A stretch of DNA of 64,000 bases from Prevotella sp. (GCA_031285625.1 JAITVV010000095.1:96001-160000), one strand, 5' to 3'; shown: positions 1 to 10,657, numbered from the stretch's first letter. Notes: generated from the letters alone by a model not told the origin. Program-made: numbers and translations.

Positions 1-1256
1 AAAAGGTCTTTGTAAGCTTTCTTAGCTACTGCCAACACTTTAGAATCCGGATTTGGTTTCCATCCCGGATATCCGGCCGAGTGTTCAACTTTTGCTTTTG
101 CCAGTGTAAATACAGCATTCACAATATTTCCGGCATCATCTTTCAGTGAGTTAGTCGAACTTCTCTGACTTGTCATGATCACAATCTTATCACCTTCCTT
201 CATCTTCACGGAAGCCAGATTAGTAGAAGTCTCCACAAGCCCCGGAATCTCATGGCTCATAGCTAATACTCCATGAGGACAAGCATAAATTCCGTTCAAT
301 AAATTACTTGTCGTATCCTTATCGATAACAAATGCAGGAGTATCTGTGGATGAAACTGTCATTTTCAAATTAGGATCGACAGCTTTCAATTCAGCTTCAA
401 TATCAGGAGCCAATGTATTCAGTTCTACTATCACATCCTCTTTGTGGCTGTATGGAATACCTGCAATAGCATATGCCTCACGGGCAATGGCATTATGCAA
501 GTTGCCACCATCTATTTCAGCAAGAGCCAGGTCAAATTTTCTACTCAAAGCCCACAGATAACGGTTTAGTATCTTATTCGCATTACCCAGGCCTTTGTGA
601 ATCTCCGAACCGGAGTGACCGCCATTGAGTCCATTCACTTGTACCCTGAACCAAAAATAATTTGCCGGTATATCTTGTTTCTTATAATCAAATGTTACTG
701 TTGTTATTTTTCCACCGGCACATCCGATATAGATTTCACCCTCCTCTTCTGTATCCAGATTGATAAGAATATCTCCATTCAGAAAATCTTTACCTAAGGC
801 ATAAGCACCTGTAAGCCCGGTTTCTTCGTCTACTGTAAACAAGCACTCCAATTTTCCATGTTCTATTGTATCCGAAGCCAGGATAGTCAGGGCAGCAGCT
901 ACACCCATACCGTTATCGGCACCAAGCGTAGTTCCTTTGGCTTTCAGCCATTCTCCGTCCACATATGTTTCTATAGGATCATTATCGAAATCATGTTTTG
1001 TACCGCTATTTTTTTCACATACCATATCCACATGGCCTTGCAAAATTACTGTCGGAAGATTTTCTTTGCCTTTGGTAGCAGGTTTGGTGATAAGGACATT
1101 CCCTGCATCATCTTTCTTGACCTCCAGATTGTATTTTTTTGCGAATTCTAAAAGATAAGCGATTATTTTTTCCTCTTTTTTCGAAGGACGTGGAATTTGA
1201 GTTATTTCATAAAAATAATTCCATATCCCACTTGGTTTTAAATCTTTAATTGTCAT
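1..1256 (-). CDS. pepD: Aminoacyl-histidine dipeptidase (peptidase M20C), runs off the window start
   Basis: Not in the ORF track. Manual minus-strand translation from ATG at 1256 gives MTIKDLKPSGIWNYFYEITQIPRPSKKEEK, then LQGHMDMV, TTLGADNGMG, FTVDEETGL and GGHSG, all typical of PepD. Confidence 0.93.
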   Translation of the reverse strand, partial: MTIKDLKPSGIWNYFYEITQIPRPSKKEEKIIAYLLEFAKKYNLEVKKDDAGNVLITKPATKGKENLPTVILQGHVDMVCEKNSGTKHDFDNDPIETYVDGEWLKAKGTTLGADNGMGVAAALTILASDTIEHGKLECLFTVDEETGLTGAYALGKDFLNGDILINLDTEEEGEIYIGCAGGKITTVTFDYKKQDIPANYFWFRVQVNGLNGGHSGSEIHKGLGNANKILNRYLWALSRKFDLALAEIDGGNLHNAIAREAYAIAGIPYSHKEDVIVELNTLAPDIEAELKAVDPNLKMTVSSTDTPAFVIDKDTTSNLLNGIYACPHGVLAMSHEIPGLVETSTNLASVKMKEGDKIVIMTSQRSSTNSLKDDAGNIVNAVFTLAKAKVEHSAGYPGWKPNPDSKVLAVAKKAYKDL

Positions 1257-1475
1257 TTTTTATATTTTAATTATTACTTACATTCTCATAATAACTTCTA
1301 AAATTATACAGATATAGCTTAAAAAGCAATTTTTTTACAACTTTTAAAGGTTTAAATGTGGTGTTGTTTTAACATAAAGATATATCTTTGCCAAGTCGTT
1401 TTAAAACAAGCGTGTATTTATAACATGCTTGTTGTTATATTTGCTATAGGAAAGATTAACTAAATGTATTATTAA

Positions 1476-2093
1476 ATGAAGAATATTTCTTACATTATTA
1501 ATGGCGTTCTTGCGGTTGCAATAATTGTCCTTTTTATTTTATTTTTCACATCTAATAAGGGAAACACAGAAAACGGAGGCACCTCTCTAAAATTTGCGGA
1601 AGGAGACTCCACCGGAGTATTGCCTATAGCTTATGTTAATGTAGATTCACTATTAATAAACTACAATTATGCTAAAGATGCAAACGATGCATTGATGAAA
1701 AAGTATAATAGTTCGAATGCTACACTTACTCAAAAACAGAGACAACTGGAGTCTGAAGCAGCAGAATTTCAGAGAAAAGTGCAAAACAATGCATTTCTAA
1801 GTCAGGAAAGAGCTCAACAGGAAGCTGCCCGCATTCAAAAACTGGAAGCCGACCTACACACTATGGCTCAGAGACTGCAGGAAGATTATGTAAGAGAACA
1901 ACAAAAAGTAAATGTTCAGATGGCTGATTCAGTGAGACTAATCCTTAAAGAACTAAACAAAACAGCTAAATATCAGATGATATTCAGCAACACAGGATTA
2001 GACAATATACTTTTAGCAAAAGACGGATATGATATCACTGGTACCGTGATTACTCTTTTGAATAATCGCTACAAACCGGAAGCTGCAAAATAA
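1476..2093 (+). CDS. OmpH/Skp-family periplasmic chaperone with N-terminal membrane anchor
   Basis: IAYVNVDSLL motif, long Q/E/K coiled coil, C-terminal YDITxxVITLLN; TAnnTTTG box at 1383-1390. Confidence 0.88.
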   Translation: MKNISYIINGVLAVAIIVLFILFFTSNKGNTENGGTSLKFAEGDSTGVLPIAYVNVDSLLINYNYAKDANDALMKKYNSSNATLTQKQRQLESEAAEFQRKVQNNAFLSQERAQQEAARIQKLEADLHTMAQRLQEDYVREQQKVNVQMADSVRLILKELNKTAKYQMIFSNTGLDNILLAKDGYDITGTVITLLNNRYKPEAAK

Positions 2094-2110
2094 TTAAGAA
2101 AAAAATATAG

Positions 2111-2148
2111 AAATAGGGTAACACTAATCGGAGTTATCCTATTTTTTT
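2111..2148 (+). terminator. Intrinsic terminator after the first OmpH gene
   Basis: aaatagggtaac...gttatcctattt stem followed by a T-run. Confidence 0.7.
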
Positions 2149-2261
2149 GTAATATAGGGAAAAATTAAGGTCGCAGACCTATTTATTACTTTTGTATGTA
2201 TAACAGCTATAGGAAGTTGCAATTAAAAAATATATCATTAAATACTTTCTTTTACTTACAG

Positions 2262-2816
2262 ATGAAAAGGCTTATTTTTCTTGCTATCGCACTAGTTTCT
2301 ATGAATATATCATTCGCCCAGACGATGCCGGATTCAGGATTGCTACCCATTGCATATGTAGATATAGACTCATTGCTAACGAACTATAACTTTGCAAAAG
2401 ATGCAAATGACACCTTGATAAAGCAATTCAACAATTCGAAAACGGCAATTGCTCAAAAACAAAAACAACTGGAGGCTGATGTTGCAGAATTCCAGAGAAA
2501 GATACAGGATAATGCCTTCTTAAGTGCAGAAAGAGCCGAACAGGAAGCTACACGCATACGGAAACTCGAAACAGATATCCAAATGATGACTCTAAAGTCG
2601 CAGGAAGACTTTACAATAGAACAACAAAGAATAAATAAACAGATTACTGACTCTGTAAAACATATCCTGAAAGAGATAAACAAGACTTCTAACTATGAGA
2701 TGATATTCACTAACGCAGGGTTAGATAATATATTGCTGGCTAAAGACGGGTATAACATTACCCAAAAAGTAACAGACCTTCTGAACAGCCGCTTCAAACG
2801 GAAAATATCAGAATAA
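2262..2816 (+). CDS. OmpH/Skp-family paralog with cleavable signal peptide
   Basis: Probable start at ATG 2262 (MKRLIFLAIALVSMNISFA-Q); IAYVDIDSLL motif; clearly similar to the upstream paralog. Confidence 0.87.
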   Translation: MKRLIFLAIALVSMNISFAQTMPDSGLLPIAYVDIDSLLTNYNFAKDANDTLIKQFNNSKTAIAQKQKQLEADVAEFQRKIQDNAFLSAERAEQEATRIRKLETDIQMMTLKSQEDFTIEQQRINKQITDSVKHILKEINKTSNYEMIFTNAGLDNILLAKDGYNITQKVTDLLNSRFKRKISE

Positions 2817-2832
2817 TCAAAAACATTGCATT

Positions 2833-3576
2833 ATGGATACTTACGGAATAATTGGATACCCCCTGAAACATTCTTTTTCTAAAAAGTACTTCACAGAAAA
2901 ATTTGAGAAAGAAAGAATTGATGCACAATATTTAAATTTTGAGATCGCCGATATTTCACTTTTCCCGGATATCCTTCTCTCTCACCCTACTATGAAAGGA
3001 TTTAATGTGACTATTCCTTATAAAGAGAAAATAATTCCTTATCTGACCGAACTCGACCCCAGAACAAAAGAAATAGGTGCCGTGAATGTGATAAAAGTCA
3101 CCCGTAATAATGGCGATGTCAAGCTAATAGGCTATAATTCCGACATCATTGGCTTCCAACATTCAATCGGACCGCTAATCAATAAAGAAATACATCATAA
3201 AGCTCTTATATTAGGTACCGGCGGGGCATCAAAAGCTGTACAGGGAGGATTGCAAAATCTGGGTATAGAATGGATGTATGTGTCACGCACCCCTAAAGAA
3301 GGTCAGATATCATACAAAGATATCGATCAAAATGTATTGGATGAATATACTATCATTATTAATGCTTCACCACTTGGTACTTTTCCTGATATAGAAAATG
3401 CTCCTGATATACCATACCAATTGCTTTCATCCAAGCACCTCTTATATGATCTGGTTTATAATCCTGCGGAAACAAAATTCTTAAGACTCGGCAAAGAAAA
3501 TGGTACTACCATAAAAAATGGAGCAGAGATGTTGGAGTTGCAGGCTATTGCCGCCTGGAAAATATGGAATAGTTAA
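2833..3576 (+). CDS. aroE: Shikimate dehydrogenase
   Basis: GYPLKHSFS, GFNVTIPYKE, GAVN, GYNSD, LGTGGAS, YDLVYNP and NGAEMLELQA motifs. Confidence 0.93.
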   Translation: MDTYGIIGYPLKHSFSKKYFTEKFEKERIDAQYLNFEIADISLFPDILLSHPTMKGFNVTIPYKEKIIPYLTELDPRTKEIGAVNVIKVTRNNGDVKLIGYNSDIIGFQHSIGPLINKEIHHKALILGTGGASKAVQGGLQNLGIEWMYVSRTPKEGQISYKDIDQNVLDEYTIIINASPLGTFPDIENAPDIPYQLLSSKHLLYDLVYNPAETKFLRLGKENGTTIKNGAEMLELQAIAAWKIWNS

Positions 3577-3643
3577 TTATTTTCATATTGTTTAATCTAT
3601 AAATTTGAAAGAAAACTTATACCTTTAAAGCCAAAATACCAAT

Positions 3644-4300
3644 ATGGAAATAATAAATCTCTCAGAGCAAAACACTATTCTCAATCGTTTTGTCAGCGAA
3701 TTGCGTGATGTAGAAATCCAAAAAGACAGTATGCGTTTCAGACGAAATGTTGAACGCATAGGGGAAATAATGGCGTATGAAATAAGCAAATCTTTGAATT
3801 ATGCTCCCCTTGAGACTCAAACGCCATTAGGCACATCCGTTACGAATGTACCAACAGACTCCCTTGTGATAGGCACTATACTCAGGGCTGGGCTTATCTA
3901 CCATCACGGATTTTTGCAATTTTTTGATAAAGCTGAAAATGCTTTTGTTTCTGCATACCGAAAATACAGGGAAAATCATCAAAGTTTCCACATACATATC
4001 GAATATATCGCTTCCCCCAAAATAGACAATAAGGTACTGATATTAACAGATCCGATGCTTGCCACAGGAGGTAGTATGGATCTATCATACCAGGCTCTGT
4101 TAACCAAAGGGGAACCGAGCCATATCCATATTGCTACAATCATATCCAGCCAACAGGCTATAGAGTATTGTGCTCAAAACTTTCCTCAAGAGAAAACAAC
4201 AATATGGGCAGCAGCTATCGATCCCGGGCTGAATGAATTTGCGTATATCGTACCAGGATTGGGTGATGCCGGAGATCTGGCATATGGAGAAAAAGAGTAA
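3644..4300 (+). CDS. upp: Uracil phosphoribosyltransferase
   Basis: ILRAG, DPMLATGGS (PRPP motif), YIVPGLGDAGD. Confidence 0.96.
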   Translation: MEIINLSEQNTILNRFVSELRDVEIQKDSMRFRRNVERIGEIMAYEISKSLNYAPLETQTPLGTSVTNVPTDSLVIGTILRAGLIYHHGFLQFFDKAENAFVSAYRKYRENHQSFHIHIEYIASPKIDNKVLILTDPMLATGGSMDLSYQALLTKGEPSHIHIATIISSQQAIEYCAQNFPQEKTTIWAAAIDPGLNEFAYIVPGLGDAGDLAYGEKE

Positions 4301-4318
4301 TCAAAATAACTAGAATAA

Positions 4319-4348
4319 AAAAGCCTGGAAATCCCAGGCTTTATTTTT
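4319..4348. terminator. Bidirectional terminator between the convergent upp and SPOR genes
   Basis: aaagcctgg-aaatc-ccaggcttt flanked by A and T runs. Confidence 0.75.
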
Positions 4349-4370
4349 ATAATATAAGAATATATCTTCC

Positions 4371-5270
4371 TTAGTTTCGTTTCGAATACAACCAGGCTGT
4401 ACTGTATTGCGGATTTTCTCTTCGGAAAACCTCAAGGAAGGATTCACCTTCCGTCTTATCCGTAAAAGAAGCCACATAAATCCTATAGCGGTCAGATTGT
4501 ACTATCGAAGCATTCTTTAGTCCGTTATTTCTCACCTTCTCTAGCAATCGGTCAGCCTGAGATTTTGAATCCTCACCTCCAACTATGATATAATATGTAC
4601 GGAGAGAAACTTGTTTATCTACATCTGGCTTTTCCACATCTTCGTTTTGCACACTTTGCTCAAGCACAGGCTTCAACGATGTAGACAATGAAGATACAAA
4701 TCCGGCCTGTTGGCTATATTTTTGAATCGAATTATCCTTAATATTTATAGATGGTACGGCAAACAAGAACAATGCAATCGCTGCTGCAGCTACCCCACCC
4801 AAGGTATGCCGGAGAGAAAAACGACTTGTACTAACCTCGCTTACTCTTTCTATATTGATCAAACGCCTCAATTCTACTTGTTTCAATCCGTAAGAATCCG
4901 GGAATATCAAAAACTTATTAGCCGTAAAAACAGTTTTATTATTTTCATCAACCGAGAGATAACCAAAGCGGCCACAATTTACAGCTTTACCCGCCAATAG
5001 TTCTCTTTTCAGTTCTTTGACAGACTCTTTTAACCGTTGTGATGCAACATTATAAGATAAATTACCATCTTTCTTATAGAGGTTAATCAGAATTCCATCA
5101 TCATGTTTCAAATCGGGATTAAAGACAACCGAAAATCTGGGAGGTACCAGCCCGTTGACTAATAAAGATGCCGGTTCAGAGTTCAATATAAATCCTCCAA
5201 AGTCAGGTATAATCACGCAATTATGTACAGGTAGCGAGAATTCTAAATATTTAAATAATTCATCATTCAT
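4371..5270 (-). CDS. HU/CCDC81-like N-domain, TM helix and C-terminal SPOR domain protein
   Basis: Likely start MNDEL at 5270; CVIIPDFGGF, FNPDLKHDDGIL, one TM segment, SPOR-like YYIIVG...YRIYVASF...AWL. Confidence 0.8.
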   Translation of the reverse strand: MNDELFKYLEFSLPVHNCVIIPDFGGFILNSEPASLLVNGLVPPRFSVVFNPDLKHDDGILINLYKKDGNLSYNVASQRLKESVKELKRELLAGKAVNCGRFGYLSVDENNKTVFTANKFLIFPDSYGLKQVELRRLINIERVSEVSTSRFSLRHTLGGVAAAAIALFLFAVPSINIKDNSIQKYSQQAGFVSSLSTSLKPVLEQSVQNEDVEKPDVDKQVSLRTYYIIVGGEDSKSQADRLLEKVRNNGLKNASIVQSDRYRIYVASFTDKTEGESFLEVFRRENPQYSTAWLYSKRN

Positions 5271-5423
5271 AAAACAAAGATAGCTATATGTTGCCAATAT
5301 TTTTATTAAATATAGAAAGATTTTTTAGTCTATTTTATATATATAATCGACACTAAGTATAAAAAAAGTCTGATTATTAATAAGAAAAGCCTAATTTTGT
5401 AATCCAAATAAAGAACCTCTACG

Positions 5424-6017
5424 ATGAATATAGAAGAAACGATTATTGATCAGATAAAAAAGTCTATTTCTGTCAAAGAAAGCATACTCACCAGCCCTTC
5501 GGTCTTACAAAGTATATACGATGCTGCAACAATGGTAACATCTGCATATAAAAACGGATCGAAAACACTGTTGGCGGGTAACGGAGGAAGCGCCGCTGAT
5601 GCTCAACACATAGCAGGTGAATTCGTCAGCCGTTTTTATTTCGACCGTCCGGGCTTACCTTCAATAGCACTTTCAACAGACACATCCATACTTACAGCAA
5701 TAGGAAATGATTATGGGTTTGACCGCCTCTTTGAACGACAGGTCCAGGCTCAGGGAAACGAAGGGGATATATTCATTGGACTTACTACTTCTGGAAATTC
5801 CGAAAACATCATTAAAGCACTATCTGCCTGTAAAACAAAAAAAATAAAAAGCATAGTCTTAACTGGAGAAACAGGAGGTGCGGTTTCAGACATGTGTGAC
5901 ATCTGCATCAAGGTGCCTTCCGCAGAGACACCCAGGATACAAGAATCACACATACTCATCGCACATATAATTTGCTGCATTGTCGAAGAAGAACTCTTTG
6001 GTTACATGAAAAGCTAA
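5424..6017 (+). CDS. gmhA: D-sedoheptulose-7-phosphate isomerase
   Basis: GNGGSAADAQH, TAIGNDYG, TTSGNS, RIQESH. Confidence 0.94.
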   Translation: MNIEETIIDQIKKSISVKESILTSPSVLQSIYDAATMVTSAYKNGSKTLLAGNGGSAADAQHIAGEFVSRFYFDRPGLPSIALSTDTSILTAIGNDYGFDRLFERQVQAQGNEGDIFIGLTTSGNSENIIKALSACKTKKIKSIVLTGETGGAVSDMCDICIKVPSAETPRIQESHILIAHIICCIVEEELFGYMKS

Positions 6018-6064
6018 TCCTGTAAAATCGTAATAATTAAACTTGTTTTAAGCTAAAAAATAGC

Positions 6065-6072
6065 TACATTTG
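6065..6072 (+). promoter_or_regulatory. Bacteroidota sigma-A -7 promoter box of the polysaccharide locus
   Basis: tacatttg matches TAnnTTTG, about 130 bp upstream of the export gene. Confidence 0.6.
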
Positions 6073-6203
6073 TAACGCTAAAAAAAATGAAGGTTAGAAG
6101 TTTTCATATGCTTTATAAAAAGCTGATAAATAAAGCCTTACAAAAGTGCCTCCATTAATACAGATTCTATATAAATAAAAGATTTTTCAATAACATATAT
6201 TAT

Positions 6204-8603
6204 ATGAAAAGACTCCTTTATATTTTTATCCTCTTCCTATTTTCAATAAATGTATTGTTTGCTCAAATGTCAGATAATCAAATCATCGACTATGTTAAGA
6301 CTGAAGCAGCAAAGGGAACATCACAACAAGCAATAGCCACAGAATTATTGAAAAGGGGTGTTACTAAAGACCAACTGGAAAGAGTAAAAGTACAAGTAGA
6401 GAGACAAAATCAGCAAAATCAGCAAAATCAAAAAAATCTGAAATCTCTAACACCAGGAGAACTAGACCCTTCGTTGCGAACAAATGTAACAGATGAAAGA
6501 ATCATCGAAGAAGATTCTTTAAAACTAAAATTAAGAACCGATATATTTGGGCGAAACATATTTAACCAAAAAAATCTCACATTCGCTCCAAACGTGAATA
6601 TTGCGACACCTGATGACTATAAATTAGGCCCTGGAGACGAAGTTGTAATAGACATATGGGGGGCTTCACAAAATTCACTCCGACAAACTATCTCACCGGA
6701 AGGGAGTATTGTTGTTGAAAGGCTAGGTCCGATTTATTTAAACGGAATGACTGTAAAAGAGGCAAACAGCTATGTACAACAGAAATTTGCCAGCCTATAT
6801 TCCGGTATCGGTAATTATGAAGGAGCATCACAAATCAGGCTTACATTAGGTAAGATTAGAACTATCCAGGTTAATGTAATGGGAGAAGTCGTCATGCCCG
6901 GTACTTATTCCATTTCCTCATTATCATCGGTAATGAATGCCCTGTACAATGCCGGAGGGGTTAATGATATTGGATCATTAAGGTTAGTACAATTATACAG
7001 AAAAGGCAAACTCATTGAGACAGTAGATATTTATCAATACTTAATAAATGGAAAATCAAGCAGTGATGTCCGTCTAACGGATGGAGATATTATCATTGTT
7101 CCGCCATACATTTCACTGGTTAATATTACTGGAAAGATAAAACGTCCGATGTTTTATGAAATGACATTCATAGAGACCTTTGCTGACCTACTAAAATACT
7201 CAGGAGGATTCACCGGGGATGCTTATAAAGAAAAAGTGAATCTGGTACGAAAGACAGGCGAATACAACAAAGTTTTCACTATTTCATCTGAAAACTACAA
7301 TAATTTTATCTTAGAAGATGGGGATAGTATAACAGTAAGTACAGGACTGAATCTTTATGATAACAGGGCTGAAATAAAAGGGGCGGTCTATAGGCCTGGA
7401 TTTTATGAAGTTGGAGACAATATTAGTACAGTAAAACAGCTGATAGATAAAGCCGGAGGTCTGAAGGGGAATGCATTTTTGGATAGAGCTGTATTAACCA
7501 GAGAGCGCGATGACTTAACTTTCGAAAATCTCCCAATTAATCTAAGATCTTTATTATCCGGAAATGGGAATGATATATCGCTGAGAAAAAATGATATGCT
7601 CTTTATCGCCTCAGATAGTGCATTGGTTCAGCTGGGTGACTTTACAATATACGGAGATGTACAAATGCCCGGATCATACCAATATGCTGACGATACGAGC
7701 ATTGAAGATTTAATACTACAAGCCGGAGGGCTATTAAATTCAGCATCAATGGCTAAAGTGGATGTTGCAAGAAGAATCGTCGATCCTTTTAGTACAGAGA
7801 GCAACAATACAATAGCCGAAACTTTCGAATTTAAGATAAAAGACGGTTTGATCGTAGATGGTAAATCTGATTTCATACTTAAACCTTATGATCAGATTTA
7901 TATCCGCCGAAGCCCTGGGTATATTGAGCAGCGAAATATAAGAATAGAAGGGGAGGTTTTATTCCCTGGCGAATACGCCCTAAAAGAAAAAACAGAGAGA
8001 CTTTCTGATATTGTAAAACGGGCAGGAAATATTACAGCTCATGCATATTCAGAGGGAGCGAGGTTATTAAGACAAAAAACAGATAAAGAAATGGCAGAAG
8101 AAAAAAAATCAATGCTATCTCTTTCCGGAGGCCTAAAAGACTCAATACCTGAAGAATTGCTTAATATTGAGAGGTTTTATGCCGTTGGGATAGAACTAGA
8201 CAAGGCAATCTCTAATCCTCGGTCTGAATATGACCTTGTATTAAAAGAAGGGGATCAACTGTTTATACCAGAATATGACAATACTGTCAAAATTAATGGA
8301 GCAGTCATGTATCCTAATACTATCTTATATAAAAAAGGACAGAAAGTATCATATTATATCGATCAGGCCGGTGGATATAGTGATCTCGCAGAAAAGAAAA
8401 GAGCTTATATCGTTTTCATGAATGGAACTGTAACAAAAGCTAAAGGCTCAAGCAGAGATGTCATCCAACCCGGTTGTAATATTATAGTACCAACTAAAGA
8501 GCAAAAAGAGAAAATGTCTCTGGCACAAATCATAAGCTTGGGATCAAGCGTAACATCTATGGCAGCAACTGTAGCTCTATTGATAAATAATCTGACGAAA
8601 TAA
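6204..8603 (+). CDS. Polysaccharide export protein with multiple SLBB domains (Wza/KpsD-like)
   Basis: Signal peptide; DYKLGPGD poly-export motif; repeated GEVxxPGxY / AGG SLBB units. Confidence 0.9.
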   Translation: MKRLLYIFILFLFSINVLFAQMSDNQIIDYVKTEAAKGTSQQAIATELLKRGVTKDQLERVKVQVERQNQQNQQNQKNLKSLTPGELDPSLRTNVTDERIIEEDSLKLKLRTDIFGRNIFNQKNLTFAPNVNIATPDDYKLGPGDEVVIDIWGASQNSLRQTISPEGSIVVERLGPIYLNGMTVKEANSYVQQKFASLYSGIGNYEGASQIRLTLGKIRTIQVNVMGEVVMPGTYSISSLSSVMNALYNAGGVNDIGSLRLVQLYRKGKLIETVDIYQYLINGKSSSDVRLTDGDIIIVPPYISLVNITGKIKRPMFYEMTFIETFADLLKYSGGFTGDAYKEKVNLVRKTGEYNKVFTISSENYNNFILEDGDSITVSTGLNLYDNRAEIKGAVYRPGFYEVGDNISTVKQLIDKAGGLKGNAFLDRAVLTRERDDLTFENLPINLRSLLSGNGNDISLRKNDMLFIASDSALVQLGDFTIYGDVQMPGSYQYADDTSIEDLILQAGGLLNSASMAKVDVARRIVDPFSTESNNTIAETFEFKIKDGLIVDGKSDFILKPYDQIYIRRSPGYIEQRNIRIEGEVLFPGEYALKEKTERLSDIVKRAGNITAHAYSEGARLLRQKTDKEMAEEKKSMLSLSGGLKDSIPEELLNIERFYAVGIELDKAISNPRSEYDLVLKEGDQLFIPEYDNTVKINGAVMYPNTILYKKGQKVSYYIDQAGGYSDLAEKKRAYIVFMNGTVTKAKGSSRDVIQPGCNIIVPTKEQKEKMSLAQIISLGSSVTSMAATVALLINNLTK
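6405..6431 (+). repeat. In-frame 9-bp tandem repeat (QNQ x3) in the export gene
   Basis: caaaatcag caaaatcag caaaatcaa. Confidence 0.6.
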
Positions 8604-8610
8604 GATAAGA

Positions 8611-9675
8611 ATGGAGGAAAAAGAAACTTCTACAGAAATAGAAATTGATTTTGTATCACTTTTTAATAGATTGTGGCATAAAAAGAAATTTATTATTAAA
8701 TTTATTATTGCTGGATTTCTATTAGGCATTATTGTTGCGTACAGCATGCCTAAAGAATATACAACAACTGTCCTGTTAACACCCGATTCTCAAGCTAATA
8801 ACTCCGGAACAATGGGCTCTCTGGCAGCTCTAACAGGAATCAATATTGGCAATAACCAAGTGGATGCATTAACCTCACCTAATCTATACCCAACAATTCT
8901 TAACTCCACGACTTTTATTCAAGGATTATTTGATATACCTGTAAAAGACAAAAGAGTGAATACAACACTGTATACCTATATAAAGGAATACCAGAAAGTT
9001 CCTTGGTGGAATTATATTTTAGGTGCTCCGACTCGCATTAAGAATCTTTTCTCCTCTGATAACCCTGTGGATTCTATAGATACTGCCAATGGACAAAGAA
9101 TATCGAGGGGAGATATGTTTGTAATCGAAACATTAAGAAATATGTTAACTGTAAATTCGGAGAAAAAAACAGGAATTACAGCCATTGAAGTTACTATGCA
9201 AAGTCCTGAAATATCTTCTTTTATAGCAGATACACTTGCATCTTACCTTCAGTCATATATAATCGAATATCGGACTCAGAAAGCCAGATTAGATTTAGAA
9301 TATTCCGAAAGACTATATTTGGAGTCAAAAGAAAATTATTATAAAGCTCAAGCAGAATTAGCTTCATTTACAGATGGTAATATGAATGTTGTATCAGCCA
9401 CATACAGGACTACTCAAGAAAGGCTGCAAAACGAAGCAACTCTGACTTATTCTATTTATAATCAAACAGCCCAACAATTACAAATAGCTAAAGTAAAGGT
9501 GCAAAATACAACACCTGTATTTACAATAATACAGCCCGCTATAGAACCATTGTATGCATCAAAGCCTAGAAAGAAAATAATAATTATTGGTTTTCTATTC
9601 GTTGCATTCGTTGCATCGGCTGCATATATTTTAGGTAAAGACATCTGGGTAGAAATAAAAAAACAAATAAAATAA
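8611..9675 (+). CDS. wzz: Chain-length determinant (Wzz-like polysaccharide co-polymerase)
   Basis: EIDF start, two terminal TM helices, PKEY, coiled coil, PxxPxxPR before the C-terminal TM. Confidence 0.85.
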   Translation: MEEKETSTEIEIDFVSLFNRLWHKKKFIIKFIIAGFLLGIIVAYSMPKEYTTTVLLTPDSQANNSGTMGSLAALTGINIGNNQVDALTSPNLYPTILNSTTFIQGLFDIPVKDKRVNTTLYTYIKEYQKVPWWNYILGAPTRIKNLFSSDNPVDSIDTANGQRISRGDMFVIETLRNMLTVNSEKKTGITAIEVTMQSPEISSFIADTLASYLQSYIIEYRTQKARLDLEYSERLYLESKENYYKAQAELASFTDGNMNVVSATYRTTQERLQNEATLTYSIYNQTAQQLQIAKVKVQNTTPVFTIIQPAIEPLYASKPRKKIIIIGFLFVAFVASAAYILGKDIWVEIKKQIK

Positions 9676-9679
9676 GAAT

Positions 9680-10657
9680 ATGCAAAAAGTATTAGTTACT
9701 GGAGCCGATGGCTTTATAGGATCTCATCTGACTGAAATGCTTTTAGAAAAAGGATACACAGTAGTGGCTTTAACGTACTATAATTCATTTAATGACTGGG
9801 GATGGCTAGAAGGTAGTAATAATCCAAATTTAACTGTCATTAATGGAGATATACGTGATCCTCACTTTTGCAAGCATATAACTAAAGATATTGATATCAT
9901 TTTTCATTTAGCAGCACTCATCGCAATACCTTATTCATATGTAGCACCTGACAGCTATGTAGATACGAACATAAAAGGTACATTAAATATTTGTCAGGCA
10001 GCTAAGGAAAATAATGTAAAAAAAATTTTAGTAACATCTACCTCAGAAGTTTACGGAACGGCAAAGTATGTTCCTATTGATGAAGATCACCCCAAACAGC
10101 CACAATCGCCCTATTCTGCCACAAAAATTGGCGCTGATGCAATAGCTCTTAGTTTCTATAATGCTTTCGAACTTCCAGTAGTTATAGTCAGACCATTCAA
10201 CACATATGGACCACGACAATCAGCAAGGGCTATTATTCCTACCATCATATCTCAAATAGCGAGTGGAATCAGAGAAATCAAACTAGGCGATCTTACCCCC
10301 ACTCGAGATTTCAATTTCGTCAAAGATACTTGCAAAGGATTTATTGATTTGGCAAAATGCGATGCAGCTATCGGACAAGAAGTAAATATAGCGAGCAATT
10401 ACGAAATATCAATGAGAGATACATTGGAATTAATAGCCCAAATAATGGGAGCCGATGTAAAATTTATAGAAGATAAACAACGTTTACGTCCCAAAAGCTC
10501 AGAAGTATTTAGACTATGGGGAGATAATACAAAGATAAAAGAGCTGACTGGTTTCACCCCTGAATATGACATTGAAAGAGGCCTCAAAGAAACCATTGAA
10601 TGGTTTACTCAACCTGAAAATTTAAAAAAATATAAAGCAAATATATACAATGTATAA
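9680..10657 (+). CDS. legB: NAD-dependent (GDP-GlcNAc) 4,6-dehydratase, LegB-like
   Basis: GADGFIGSHL, HLAALIAIPYSY, TSTSEVYG, PYSATK, RPFNTYGPRQSARA. Confidence 0.88.
   Translation: MQKVLVTGADGFIGSHLTEMLLEKGYTVVALTYYNSFNDWGWLEGSNNPNLTVINGDIRDPHFCKHITKDIDIIFHLAALIAIPYSYVAPDSYVDTNIKGTLNICQAAKENNVKKILVTSTSEVYGTAKYVPIDEDHPKQPQSPYSATKIGADAIALSFYNAFELPVVIVRPFNTYGPRQSARAIIPTIISQIASGIREIKLGDLTPTRDFNFVKDTCKGFIDLAKCDAAIGQEVNIASNYEISMRDTLELIAQIMGADVKFIEDKQRLRPKSSEVFRLWGDNTKIKELTGFTPEYDIERGLKETIEWFTQPENLKKYKANIYNV

Noticed and set aside
346-1158. Four short plus-strand ORFs in the ORF track
   Set aside because: They are antisense shadows of the minus-strand pepD gene.
6069-6144. Imperfect 11-bp inverted repeat (tttgtaacgct / agccttacaaa) near the polysaccharide promoter, as a possible invertible promoter
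   Set aside because: It is short and mismatched, overlaps rather than flanks the -7 box, and no recombinase is nearby. At most it is a 5' UTR stem.
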